From an uncultured archaeon (lineage in GTDB: Archaea > Aenigmatarchaeota > Aenigmatarchaeia > QMZP01): a stretch of DNA of 64,000 nt. Numbering within the stretch: the stretch's first letter is position 1; each line of letters starts with the position of its first letter. This document shows positions 8,538 to 17,202 of this stretch, piece by piece. The position numbers and the translations under genes are program-made. The notes below the pieces were generated by a model. It was not told where the DNA came from, ran no database searches, and saw only the letters and a program-made list of their open reading frames with translations. The stretch lies in contig CAZKUD010000004.1 in the NCBI GenBank assembly GCA_964555875.1, positions 3,580-67,579 of the forward strand, written 5' to 3'.

Positions 8538-9014
8538 TCAGAGGAACGTGAGCCTGAGCTCGTCATTCCCGAAGGGGGTTTCGCAGTAATGGCACCTGAA
8601 ATTCTCAGGGTGGCCGTCGCTGTCCCTTGTTTCCACGTAGATCCTGGAAGGCTCGTCCTGGGCATTGGTTATGCAGTTGTCGTTCGGGCACTCTATGAGG
8701 CCCCTTACCTCATTGGGCACCCTGGAATGGTATTTTGCCTTGGCCATGCCGTCCTCTATCTCGCTTATGGTGTTCCTTGGAGAGACAAGGGCTATCTTTA
8801 GCTTCTGGTCATCTGTCAGGATGTTCCCCCTCCCAGGGACCGTCACCCTGGCCTTTGTTCCGTATTTCTCGCTGGGAAACCCGTCATAGACCGAGATGGG
8901 GTATGCCCCTATTATGTTCTTTACCTCGTCGCCTGTCCCCGGGAAGAGGTGGTCTATCGTTATGCCGTCCTTTATGAAATACACGTCCTCTTCATGTATC
9001 ATCCTCTCTGTCAT
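8538..9014 (-). CDS. pyrI: Aspartate carbamoyltransferase regulatory subunit
   Basis: ITIDHL region and C-terminal zinc site CPNDNC...CHYCE. Overlaps pyrB stop. Confidence 0.9.
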   Translation of the reverse strand: MTERMIHEEDVYFIKDGITIDHLFPGTGDEVKNIIGAYPISVYDGFPSEKYGTKARVTVPGRGNILTDDQKLKIALVSPRNTISEIEDGMAKAKYHSRVPNEVRGLIECPNDNCITNAQDEPSRIYVETRDSDGHPENFRCHYCETPFGNDELRLTFL

Positions 9015-10117
9015 GCTATCGTCTCCCCCTCCACGCCGTACAATTCCAGGTGCATGGTCGCCGCCCTGACGTCCACCAGGTCGGCAGACTGGTCCTCCCA
9101 GGCCTCGAAGGGAGTGTCCCTCACGTCCTTGGCTATGACCCTGGTCCTGTCCCCGTCGCTGCTGTTGAAGGGCTGCGGGTGCATTATTATCAGGTACTCC
9201 CTGGGGCTCTCGAGCATGCCGGCTTCCAGCCTCATGCCGCTGTCGTATATCTCCTTCAGCTGCTCCCTTCCCCTGTCAGTCTGCGGGAACTGCAGCTGCT
9301 GTATCCTGGAGCCGCATATCAGGTCTACCTTGTTGGCGGCCTTTGCCAGTTCCCCCCTGGTGCTTATCACATGGACGTTCCCCACCCTTTCATCGAGGTC
9401 CGCTATGGTCCTGTTGCTTAGCCCGACATACGGGTGGGAAGCAAGGTAGAGGTTCCTGACAATCCCGAAGACCGAAAGGGTGTCTATGGTGGACTTCAGG
9501 GCCCTTCCGTACTTCATGTCACCCACGCCCATCATGTCAATGCCTTCGAACCCTGAGGGCCATTTCCCCCTGTCCAGCAGGTCGAAGCCCATCCTGTCGA
9601 ACATCTTGTCCCAGACGGTGAAGAGGTCCCCTATGGCCTGCGTTGGGTGCTGGTTCTTGCCGTCGCCTCCGTTTATGACCGCTATGACCTCCCTGCTCCG
9701 GCCGTTCTCCCTGTCCTTCTCCATCTGTATCTTGGCCTCGTCCTCGACCAGCCTGGCTGCCCCGTCATTCGGGTGCCTCACCACAACCACGTTGCCTGTG
9801 GACTTCCTGCCGTAGCCTATGAAGTTCGTGGCCGTGTCCCTCAGGCTCTCTCCCTTTTCAGAAGACGTGTTCTTTGGGTCGCTGAAGCCTGTGCACCTCC
9901 CACCGTACCTCTCCATGGCCTCTATGGAGGAGTTCATTGTCCTGGTGCTGGGCTGGAAGAACATGTAGATGAGCATCTTGTTCCTGAACGCCATCTCGTA
10001 CTGCTCGCTGTTGTACTTGAACCTGCGGGCCTTGAACATTATGGTCCTGTAGTCATCAGGAGTCAGGTCTCTTGTAGAAATGATGTGCCTTCCCTTGAAT
10101 GGGCGGTTTTCTGACAT
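9011..10117 (-). CDS. pyrB: Aspartate carbamoyltransferase catalytic subunit (with about 20-aa insertions relative to typical PyrB)
   Basis: STRTR and HPTQ motifs, GDG region. pyrB-pyrI operon order. Confidence 0.9.
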   Translation of the reverse strand: MSENRPFKGRHIISTRDLTPDDYRTIMFKARRFKYNSEQYEMAFRNKMLIYMFFQPSTRTMNSSIEAMERYGGRCTGFSDPKNTSSEKGESLRDTATNFIGYGRKSTGNVVVVRHPNDGAARLVEDEAKIQMEKDRENGRSREVIAVINGGDGKNQHPTQAIGDLFTVWDKMFDRMGFDLLDRGKWPSGFEGIDMMGVGDMKYGRALKSTIDTLSVFGIVRNLYLASHPYVGLSNRTIADLDERVGNVHVISTRGELAKAANKVDLICGSRIQQLQFPQTDRGREQLKEIYDSGMRLEAGMLESPREYLIIMHPQPFNSSDGDRTRVIAKDVRDTPFEAWEDQSADLVDVRAATMHLELYGVEGETIA

Positions 10118-10167
10118 CCCCCTCTCCCTCCTAACTTATATAGATACAAAATTTTAAATAACGTATT

Positions 10168-11226
10168 ATGTTCAAGGTTGCGGTGAAGGAAGAGCTGGAA
10201 AGGATGAGGGAGATACTGGACACCAAGGGGGATAAGATGCTCTTCACGCACAGGGACGCCGACGGGATATGCTCCGGCGCCCTGCTGCTCAAGTTCTTCC
10301 CTGACTTCGAGTGCGTCATAAGGGAGGGCCCCAGGATAGAGGACGAGCTGGTGGAGGAGATAATAGACAAGGCGCCCAAGGCGATTGTTTTCCTGGACCT
10401 GCCGGTCGACCAGGAGCACAAGAAGATGGAGGAGATAGAGAAGGCGCTGCCTGACACCAAGATTCTGATAGTGGACCACCACATACCCGAGAAGAACCTG
10501 AGTAACGGCAATGTGATGCACATAAACCCCATGTTCAGGGAGAACGTCTACCTGCCTGCAAGCTTTCTCGTCTACCAGATACTCGAGGGCATGAAGCTGG
10601 AGGTGAAGAAGTACATATGGATAAGCTGCATAGGCGTGATAGGAGATTACGGCTTCGAGGACTGCAAGGAGCTGATAGAGACATGCAGGAAGGACTACCC
10701 CGAGCTGCTATTCGGCCACCCCCTGATGTCCAAGATGGGGCAGGGCGCCCAGCTCATATCGGCTGCCATCACCCTGAAGGGCCAGCCGGGCGCCAAGAAG
10801 GCCCTGAGGGCCCTCGTCAGGGCTGACGAGTTCGATGACTTCGCCATGGACAGGGAGATAATAAGCTGGTTCGACACGGTCAGGAAGGAGATAAACAGGA
10901 TACTCCTGGACTTTGACGAGAACAAGGATGTCAACAGGGAGAAAGGGGTGATAATATACGAGCTCAAGTCAAGGCTCAACATAGCGTCCGTCATATCGAC
11001 TATCCTGGCCCAGCAGAACCAGGATGACGTGATAATAATAAGGAAGGAGACCCCCAGGGGCGAATGGAAGCTCTCCATGAGGGACCAGAAGGGGAGGGTC
11101 AACCTCGGACAGCTCACCAAGAAGGCCGTCAAGGGTATAGGCTCGGGGGGAGGCCACGAGAAGGCGGCGGGCGCCCTGGTGACAGACTGGGAGAAGTTCA
11201 AGAAAAGGCTTATTTCCGGGATCTGA
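10168..11226 (+). CDS. DHH/DHHA1 family phosphoesterase (NrnA/RecJ-like)
   Basis: DADG, DHH and GGGHEKAAG (DHHA1 GGGH) motifs. Confidence 0.8.
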   Translation: MFKVAVKEELERMREILDTKGDKMLFTHRDADGICSGALLLKFFPDFECVIREGPRIEDELVEEIIDKAPKAIVFLDLPVDQEHKKMEEIEKALPDTKILIVDHHIPEKNLSNGNVMHINPMFRENVYLPASFLVYQILEGMKLEVKKYIWISCIGVIGDYGFEDCKELIETCRKDYPELLFGHPLMSKMGQGAQLISAAITLKGQPGAKKALRALVRADEFDDFAMDREIISWFDTVRKEINRILLDFDENKDVNREKGVIIYELKSRLNIASVISTILAQQNQDDVIIIRKETPRGEWKLSMRDQKGRVNLGQLTKKAVKGIGSGGGHEKAAGALVTDWEKFKKRLISGI

Positions 11227-11866
11227 GCACCACAAGCATATGGTCTTTCTCGAAAGGGTCCAGGACAACTTTCTCCACAAGCTCCAGCTCGGATGTGAGC
11301 TTCTTGACGCATTCCCTGAAGACCTCTTTAGGCTCCTTCACCACGTCCATCGAGCGTGACTTTATGGCTATCACTGCCAGGCCCCCCGGCCTGAGCTTGG
11401 CCCTGCAGTTCCTTATCAGTATCTCTGGCTGGTCGTTCGTGGCCACGTCCTGGTAGACCAGGTCAGCGGTCTCTATCCATTCGTAATCATTGGGCTTCCT
11501 GGCGTCTGCCAGAATCGGCACTATGTTGCCCCTCTTCTCTGCGACAGGGTTCAGTTCCCTGAACGCCCTCTCGGATATCTCCACAGCGTATATTACGCCC
11601 TCCTTTCCCGCTATGTCAGAGAAGAAGCTCGGTGTGTAGCCCTGGGCAGCTCCCAGGTAGAGTATCTTCATGCCCTCGCCCACAGGGAATGTCTTCAGCC
11701 CCTTGGCCACGGCGGCGGCCAGCTTTGACCTGGTGGGGTCCCATACCCTGTATTCCTCTTCCCCTATGGTGACCAGCTGTTCGGTGTAGCTCCTGAAGCC
11801 GGGGACCAGGTTCTTCGTGAGCATCTGGCCTTTCGCCTTCCAGACGCCCGGGAATATCTGCTTCAT
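11210..11866 (-). CDS. flpA: Fibrillarin-like rRNA/tRNA 2'-O-methyltransferase
   Basis: YRVWDPTRSKLAAA signature and SAM-MTase motifs. Nop5 is not adjacent. Confidence 0.9.
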   Translation of the reverse strand: MKQIFPGVWKAKGQMLTKNLVPGFRSYTEQLVTIGEEEYRVWDPTRSKLAAAVAKGLKTFPVGEGMKILYLGAAQGYTPSFFSDIAGKEGVIYAVEISERAFRELNPVAEKRGNIVPILADARKPNDYEWIETADLVYQDVATNDQPEILIRNCRAKLRPGGLAVIAIKSRSMDVVKEPKEVFRECVKKLTSELELVEKVVLDPFEKDHMLVVLRSRK

Positions 11867-12705
11867 GCTAGATTATCCGCCTGCTGCCTAATAAGCTCCT
11901 TGACCTCTTCCAGGAAAGGCACCTTTCCCTGGGCCCCCCAGCCCACGGTGGCGAAAGCCCCCATGGCATTGGCGAAGAGGCATTTCCTCTTCATGCCCCA
12001 TCCCTTCAGGTCCCCGTATATGAAGCCTGCCGCGAAGGCATCGCCTGTGCCAAGCTGGTCTATGGTGTCCACCATGAAGGCGGGGGTGTCTATGTCCTTA
12101 CCCATATGGTAGACGTTGGAGCCCCTCTCCCTCTTTGTGACCGCCAGGGTGGACTTTATGTCCGGCATCATGCCTTTTATGTACTTGGATTCCTTAGTGT
12201 TGCAGAATATGGCGCTTATGTGGGGGTCCTTAAGGTAGTGCAGGTTGTATTTCGAGTCTATGTTCTGGAGGGTGACGTAGAACTTTATCTTGTGCTTCTT
12301 GGCGAACTCCAGGTACTCCTTGAATATGGGGTTGACTATCTCTATGAATATGGCCTTCGCCTTCTTCAGGTATTCCATGTCCTTTGCGTTCAGCTTCCCT
12401 ATCCTCTTGTAATCGTCCATGTCTATGAACTCCTTCAGGCCCTTCCCTGTCCTCATGTGGCATCTTGGGGTCCTGTACGCTGACTCGTGCCTCATCTTGG
12501 AAGTGTCTATGCCGAGGAGGGTCAGCCTGGCTATCATGGACTTGCCCTCGGGGTCATTGCCTATCAGGCCGAGCACCCCTGTCCCGGCTCCGAGGGCCTG
12601 CAGCCTGACCAGGGTGTTGATTATGGAGCCCCCCGCCGACTTCTTCACTCCCTCGGCCGTGTATATTATGTCTATCCCTGCCGGCCCTATGCCTATGACG
12701 TCCAT
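11863..12705 (-). CDS. PfkB-family carbohydrate/nucleoside kinase (ribokinase-like)
   Basis: DTIDQLGTGDAFAAGF (DTxGAGD) anion-hole motif. Confidence 0.8.
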   Translation of the reverse strand: MDVIGIGPAGIDIIYTAEGVKKSAGGSIINTLVRLQALGAGTGVLGLIGNDPEGKSMIARLTLLGIDTSKMRHESAYRTPRCHMRTGKGLKEFIDMDDYKRIGKLNAKDMEYLKKAKAIFIEIVNPIFKEYLEFAKKHKIKFYVTLQNIDSKYNLHYLKDPHISAIFCNTKESKYIKGMMPDIKSTLAVTKRERGSNVYHMGKDIDTPAFMVDTIDQLGTGDAFAAGFIYGDLKGWGMKRKCLFANAMGAFATVGWGAQGKVPFLEEVKELIRQQADNLA

Positions 12706-12706
12706 G

Positions 12707-13384
12707 TTATCCCTCCCACCCCAGCAGCCCGGGCAGCTCCGCTATGCTGGGTATTATCAGCTCAGGGTCCTGCCCTGCCTCCAGGAACTCCAGCCTTCCT
12801 GTCATTCCTGTCAGGACAGATATCGGCACCAGTCCTGCCCCCTCGGATGACAGGTACCCCGGAACCGAATCGTCCACATACGCTGCTTCCCTTGGAAGTA
12901 TCCCTTCCCCGTCCAGCTTTTCCAGCACCTTCTCGAACGCCCTGGGGTTAGGCTTGTGGTATCCGGTGTCGTCTGAGGTGCTGATGAACCCGAATATCTC
13001 AGGGTCTATCCCCGAGCCTGTCAGCTTGGCCATGAGGGCCTCCCTGTCCCTGGTGGTGAGCATGCCTGTAACATACCTCCTCCTTGCCTCTCCCAGGACC
13101 TCCAGGGCCCTCTCTGCAAGGGGGTATGAGTCCTGCCTCTTGCTGCTGTAGCATGATATGATGGCCTCCCTCTCCTCCTCTGTGGTTTCAGGCCAGACAT
13201 TGGCGACCAGGGCCTGGAGGGTCGGGCTGTTCCACACGGCCTTTATGTCATCCCCTGTGGGCACCCTCACGCCCGCCTCCTGGCCAGCGGCCTGGAAGTT
13301 GGCAACCCTGGTCCCGTAAGAAAGTATGATAGTGTCATCGTTGTCGAATACCAGTGATTTCAGGGCTGAAAGGTCGTGTTTCAT
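12707..13384 (-). CDS. HAD-superfamily hydrolase
   Basis: FDNDDT motif I, KPNP motif, DD near C-terminus. Confidence 0.75.
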   Translation of the reverse strand: MKHDLSALKSLVFDNDDTIILSYGTRVANFQAAGQEAGVRVPTGDDIKAVWNSPTLQALVANVWPETTEEEREAIISCYSSKRQDSYPLAERALEVLGEARRRYVTGMLTTRDREALMAKLTGSGIDPEIFGFISTSDDTGYHKPNPRAFEKVLEKLDGEGILPREAAYVDDSVPGYLSSEGAGLVPISVLTGMTGRLEFLEAGQDPELIIPSIAELPGLLGWEG

Positions 13385-13429
13385 ATTCCCTCAAGTGGTT
13401 TGAGGTTTAAAAATGTGGCGGTTGAGGCA

Positions 13430-14305
13430 TCAGTCTGTGAGGCCCAGGTCGGCCCTTATCCGCTCTATGCTGATGAACACCTTCTTCTTGACGCCGACGT
13501 CCTCCACCAGCCTGTCAACGGGCTCCCTCAGCCTTTCGCCGGATTCCTCGTCGCCGAAGGTCATGACCCTGTGGCCTGCCATGTCGTTCCCGTACCTCGT
13601 CCTTATGCTCTCCAGCCCGTTGTCGTCATTGAACGGCATGTACACGACTGAATGGCCGTTGTCTGTCAGGTAAAGGGCGTATGCCATCGCAAAGGGCGAT
13701 GCCCCGGAAGGCACCTCGGCTATGAAAGCCACGTCCTGGCCCTTGAAATAGTCCTCTGTGAACCTCCGCCTCTTCTTCAGCCACCTCAGCGGCATCTCAC
13801 CCAGGTCCTCTACCTTCATTACCCCCGTCCTGTTCCTTGTCTCTGACATGAGCTGGTTCCTGTAAAGCTGGTCCCTTGTGAACATCTCGAACGTGGGGGT
13901 GCACAGGACATACATGAATCCCTTGTGGCCGTCCCGCATCTCCCTCGCTATGGCGAAGGGCTTGGCAGTGTCCTCCACCGGAAGGTCCGAGAAAACCGCC
14001 ACCTTCTTGTCCCTGTAATGGGCCTCGGAATGGCCTGTCACCCTTATGTTCCTCCCGCTCTTCCCGGAGGATTCGGCCTCACCGTTCTGGATGAAAAGCG
14101 GATAGCCCAGTATGCTCAGGCTGGGGTCCTCTACCCTCAGCAAGACCCTTGTCATCCCCATGTAATCGTCGCCTCCGGGATGTATGCCGTAGAAGACCGA
14201 ATCACATGACCCCACGTACCTGGCGAGCCTCTCCATGTTCTCGTTCGAGAAAAACCCGAATAGCTTTGTCCTCATTGCCCTTTGGAGGTGCTCTTGTGTT
14301 GTCAT
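13430..14305 (-). CDS. Hypothetical protein (291 aa)
   Basis: Clean ORF, no recognisable motif. Confidence 0.5.
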   Translation of the reverse strand: MTTQEHLQRAMRTKLFGFFSNENMERLARYVGSCDSVFYGIHPGGDDYMGMTRVLLRVEDPSLSILGYPLFIQNGEAESSGKSGRNIRVTGHSEAHYRDKKVAVFSDLPVEDTAKPFAIAREMRDGHKGFMYVLCTPTFEMFTRDQLYRNQLMSETRNRTGVMKVEDLGEMPLRWLKKRRRFTEDYFKGQDVAFIAEVPSGASPFAMAYALYLTDNGHSVVYMPFNDDNGLESIRTRYGNDMAGHRVMTFGDEESGERLREPVDRLVEDVGVKKKVFISIERIRADLGLTD

Positions 14306-14326
14306 AGCGTCTAATATTATCCCCAG

Positions 14327-15205
14327 TTACTTTTTAAGCCTTTCCTTGCCGTTTTTGTCCTTCAGGAGCCCTCTTATCTTGTCTATGGGCTTGTCCTTTC
14401 CCGTGTCGCTCCCTCTCCAGACCCTTGTGAGGAAGCCTGGCTGCGCCCTTTCGCCCTCCCCCAGGAGGGACTCCAGGTAGAGTTTCTCCTGGTCCCTTAT
14501 CACATCAGGATGTGGCAGGGCCGGAGCGTCCCTCCCTTCAATGGACAGCCCCAGGGTCGCATAGGCGAACTGCCTGGCATTGTACTGCTCTGCCGTGGTA
14601 AAGTCCCTTTCAATCGCCTCTTCCACCATAATCCTTATCTCAGTGTCAGTGTAATTATCCCTCTTCTCGTTGAGCTCCCTCATCCTCACATCGAGCTTGT
14701 CCAGCCTGAGGTCGCCTCCGCAGGAGAAGTCTGCCTGCTCAAGCACGTCCTCCTCGACCGCATAGACCCATTTCCTGCCGTTCGGGTTGTCGAGAGCCTG
14801 CTTCATGTTCCTCATCCTTCCCAGCCTTGCCCTTATAAGATTCATCGTCTTGCCGCTGTAGACCGCGTCATCCACCATTATGACCACCCTTCCCTTGGCG
14901 AGCCTCTCCGGTATGGTGCCGCTCTTCTTGGGCAGCTCGTAGTATTCCACGTCCAGCCCCTCTGAAAGCAGGTATGCCCTCAGGCTCATGCCGAAGTACA
15001 TGCCGCCTGACATTATCGGGACTACCAGCACGCCCTTGTAGGCGTCCTCAAGTTCGGATTCCATCCTGCTGGCGTATTCTACTATCTGGGGCCCCACCCC
15101 GAAGGTGAATTTCCTGACCCTTGGGTGGTTCAGGCCGAACTGCGTCTTCTTCGGCCTGACATCTTTTATCGGCCTGCCGTCACATTCACCTGCGTCCATC
15201 ATCAT
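14327..15205 (-). CDS. Phosphoribosyltransferase (PRTase type I) domain protein with C-terminal extension of unknown function
   Basis: PRPP-binding motif VVIMVDDAVYSGKTM. Confidence 0.65.
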   Translation of the reverse strand: MMMDAGECDGRPIKDVRPKKTQFGLNHPRVRKFTFGVGPQIVEYASRMESELEDAYKGVLVVPIMSGGMYFGMSLRAYLLSEGLDVEYYELPKKSGTIPERLAKGRVVIMVDDAVYSGKTMNLIRARLGRMRNMKQALDNPNGRKWVYAVEEDVLEQADFSCGGDLRLDKLDVRMRELNEKRDNYTDTEIRIMVEEAIERDFTTAEQYNARQFAYATLGLSIEGRDAPALPHPDVIRDQEKLYLESLLGEGERAQPGFLTRVWRGSDTGKDKPIDKIRGLLKDKNGKERLKK

Positions 15206-15209
15206 GATA

Positions 15210-16148
15210 TCACTCCATGAACTTCACGGAATCTATGTCTCCGTCCCCTTTCTTGTCAATGCCGGACATGACCTTTGCTATCACCTTCTTGTCCTTGCTG
15301 TTGCCCCCCATTATCTTGTCGTGGAATTTCGTGAGCGCCAGTATGGCCGTCTTCAGGCCCATTGAGCGCTTTCCGGCAAGGTACAGCATCCACTTCTTGT
15401 CATTGAACGGGTTGGGGAGCTTCATGACGACAGCGTCGTGGTCGTAGTTGTAGAGCTCCCCGCTCAGCTTGGATGATATGGAGAACTGCTTCTTGTCATC
15501 GAAATGTATCGGCAGCATCTCGTTCATCCTGTCCGCTATCGTGTTGACCTTCGGGTTGCCTATCACTATTATGTTGTTGTCCTTCAGGTCGCCCTCCCTT
15601 GCGGCGGTGTCCATCACGTAGCCGTTGCTGGACTGCTCCGTCAGCATGCTTCCAAGGAACATCATCAGGCCTGCCAGGTGGGGCCCGAACCTTGCCGTGG
15701 CCTCGTAGCGCCCGTGGGGATACGGGCTGCCTATTATTATCTTGGCATTGAGCCGGCCGTCCTTTATGAAGGGGTCCATCAGCTTTTCCAGGCTTTCCTT
15801 TACCATCGGCTTGGGCTTTGTCATCGCTTTCCCTCCATCGAAGAGCCTGGTGGAGACCACGGGGGAAACCACCCCGTATATCTTGGCTGTCATGGAATAC
15901 CTCTTCTCTGACCGGATGTGCTTTACCACACCGGCACTCTCCAGCCTTCTCAGGTGGTAGTATATCTTCTGCTCGTGCTGGTTCAGCCGCCTTGCCAAGT
16001 CCATGGCGCACGCGGGCTCCTTGACCAGCTCCTCTATTATCTTGAGGGAGAGCTCGGAGCTGAACATGCCCATCTTTGACGGGTCGACCAGTATGGAATC
16101 GTATATCACGGGGTTTCCGCCATTGTTGTCTATCAGCTCGAATTGCAT
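15210..16148 (-). CDS. Winged-helix (ArsR/TrmB-like HTH) domain protein with C-terminal domain of unknown function
   Basis: HTH segment SLKIIEELVKEPACAMDLARRLNQHEQKIYYHLRRLESAGVV near the N-terminus. Confidence 0.6.
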   Translation of the reverse strand: MQFELIDNNGGNPVIYDSILVDPSKMGMFSSELSLKIIEELVKEPACAMDLARRLNQHEQKIYYHLRRLESAGVVKHIRSEKRYSMTAKIYGVVSPVVSTRLFDGGKAMTKPKPMVKESLEKLMDPFIKDGRLNAKIIIGSPYPHGRYEATARFGPHLAGLMMFLGSMLTEQSSNGYVMDTAAREGDLKDNNIIVIGNPKVNTIADRMNEMLPIHFDDKKQFSISSKLSGELYNYDHDAVVMKLPNPFNDKKWMLYLAGKRSMGLKTAILALTKFHDKIMGGNSKDKKVIAKVMSGIDKKGDGDIDSVKFME

Positions 16149-16383
16149 AACAATCGATTTTTTCTTTCCGTGAGGATTTATAAGCTTTTATGAAACCAGT
16201 TGTAGTATACATTTTCCTTTTTTATAATGAAAAAATATTTTTTAGTTTTATAAATGTTTTTATAGAGGGTTTATTATTGCCTTATTAAAAGAATTTTTAT
16301 AAAAGCGAAGTATGTCGTTTTAAAAGCGCTATATAAGGCATATTTCCAACTCTTCTACAGGAAATTATCGAAAAATATAAGGA
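16149..16383. promoter_or_regulatory. 235-bp AT-rich divergent promoter region with several TATA-like boxes (TTTATAAGC, TTTTATAATG, TTTTATAAATG, TTTTAAAAGCGCTATATAAGG)
   Basis: GC content far below the window average. Lies between divergent genes 15210..16148(-) and 16384..16863(+). The TTTATAAATG element recurs upstream of other genes (22537, 40118). Confidence 0.45.
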
Positions 16384-16863
16384 ATGGGGTGGTTGAAAAT
16401 GGTGTCTGTGTGCCAAATCTGCAAGGAACCGATATGGAATTTCTTTTGCCCGGACTGTCTCGCCAATGACATAACCAAATGGCTTCCCTCCAACATGGCG
16501 GACAAGTTCCTGAAGTTCCATAAGCAGTTCTCCGGTTACTTCCATTCGAGCCTTGACACGACCTTCAACTGGTGCCTCAGCTGTAAGGGGCTTAAGGAGT
16601 CGACCATATGCCCCTACTGCTACACCAATGAGGTCATATACTGGCTCAGGGCGAGGAACCCGAAGATGGCGACAAGGTTTGCACAGCTGTTCCCGTTCGA
16701 TTTCGAGAAGATCGGCCACAAGTCCCTCTTCAAGACAGAGAGCCAGCCGGTCGACCACAAGAACGAGAAGAAGCAGCTGGGCATATGCGATGTCTGCGGG
16801 GAGTACTCGGACGAGTTAACATGTGTAGAAGGGGAATGGGTCTGCGACGGCTGCAAGGAATGA
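16384..16863 (+). CDS. Cys-rich zinc-finger/zinc-ribbon protein
   Basis: Six CxxC pairs (CQIC...CPDC, CLSC...CPYC, CDVC...CDGC). Confidence 0.55.
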   Translation: MGWLKMVSVCQICKEPIWNFFCPDCLANDITKWLPSNMADKFLKFHKQFSGYFHSSLDTTFNWCLSCKGLKESTICPYCYTNEVIYWLRARNPKMATRFAQLFPFDFEKIGHKSLFKTESQPVDHKNEKKQLGICDVCGEYSDELTCVEGEWVCDGCKE

Positions 16864-16864
16864 G

Positions 16865-17197
16865 TCAAAGGTCCTTCCCCAGTTCTTTTTCTTTTTTCTT
16901 CATCTTGTTCTGGTATCTCTTCAGCCTTCTGTAGGACTCAAAGACCTCTGCGAAGCCTATGACTACTATCACCCAGCCGACTGCCTGGACCGCAATCAGG
17001 ACGTCGCCCACTATCCCTGATATGCTGACCACCGCCAGCCCCAGGACTATGAACGTGAGCCCTGTCCTCATGAAGCTTAGGATGGTCCTCTCCTTGGAGA
17101 GTATGGTCTGCTCCTCTGCCAGGATGGTCCTCTCCTCCTCATGGGTTATGCGTCTTGCCTTCTTTTTCGGCTTTCCTCTGGGCCGTTTCTTGGCCAT
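16865..17197 (-). CDS. DUF202 (YidH-like) small membrane protein
   Basis: ERTILAEEQTILSKERTILS repeats followed by two TM helices. Confidence 0.6.
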   Translation of the reverse strand: MAKKRPRGKPKKKARRITHEEERTILAEEQTILSKERTILSFMRTGLTFIVLGLAVVSISGIVGDVLIAVQAVGWVIVVIGFAEVFESYRRLKRYQNKMKKKEKELGKDL

Positions 17198-17202
17198 GTT
17201 TA

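Noticed and set aside
16149-16383. AT-rich region as a possible replication origin
   Set aside because: No ORB/mini-ORB repeats, no flanking cdc6/orc1 gene and no long DUE-like asymmetric tract. Divergent promoters are the simpler explanation.
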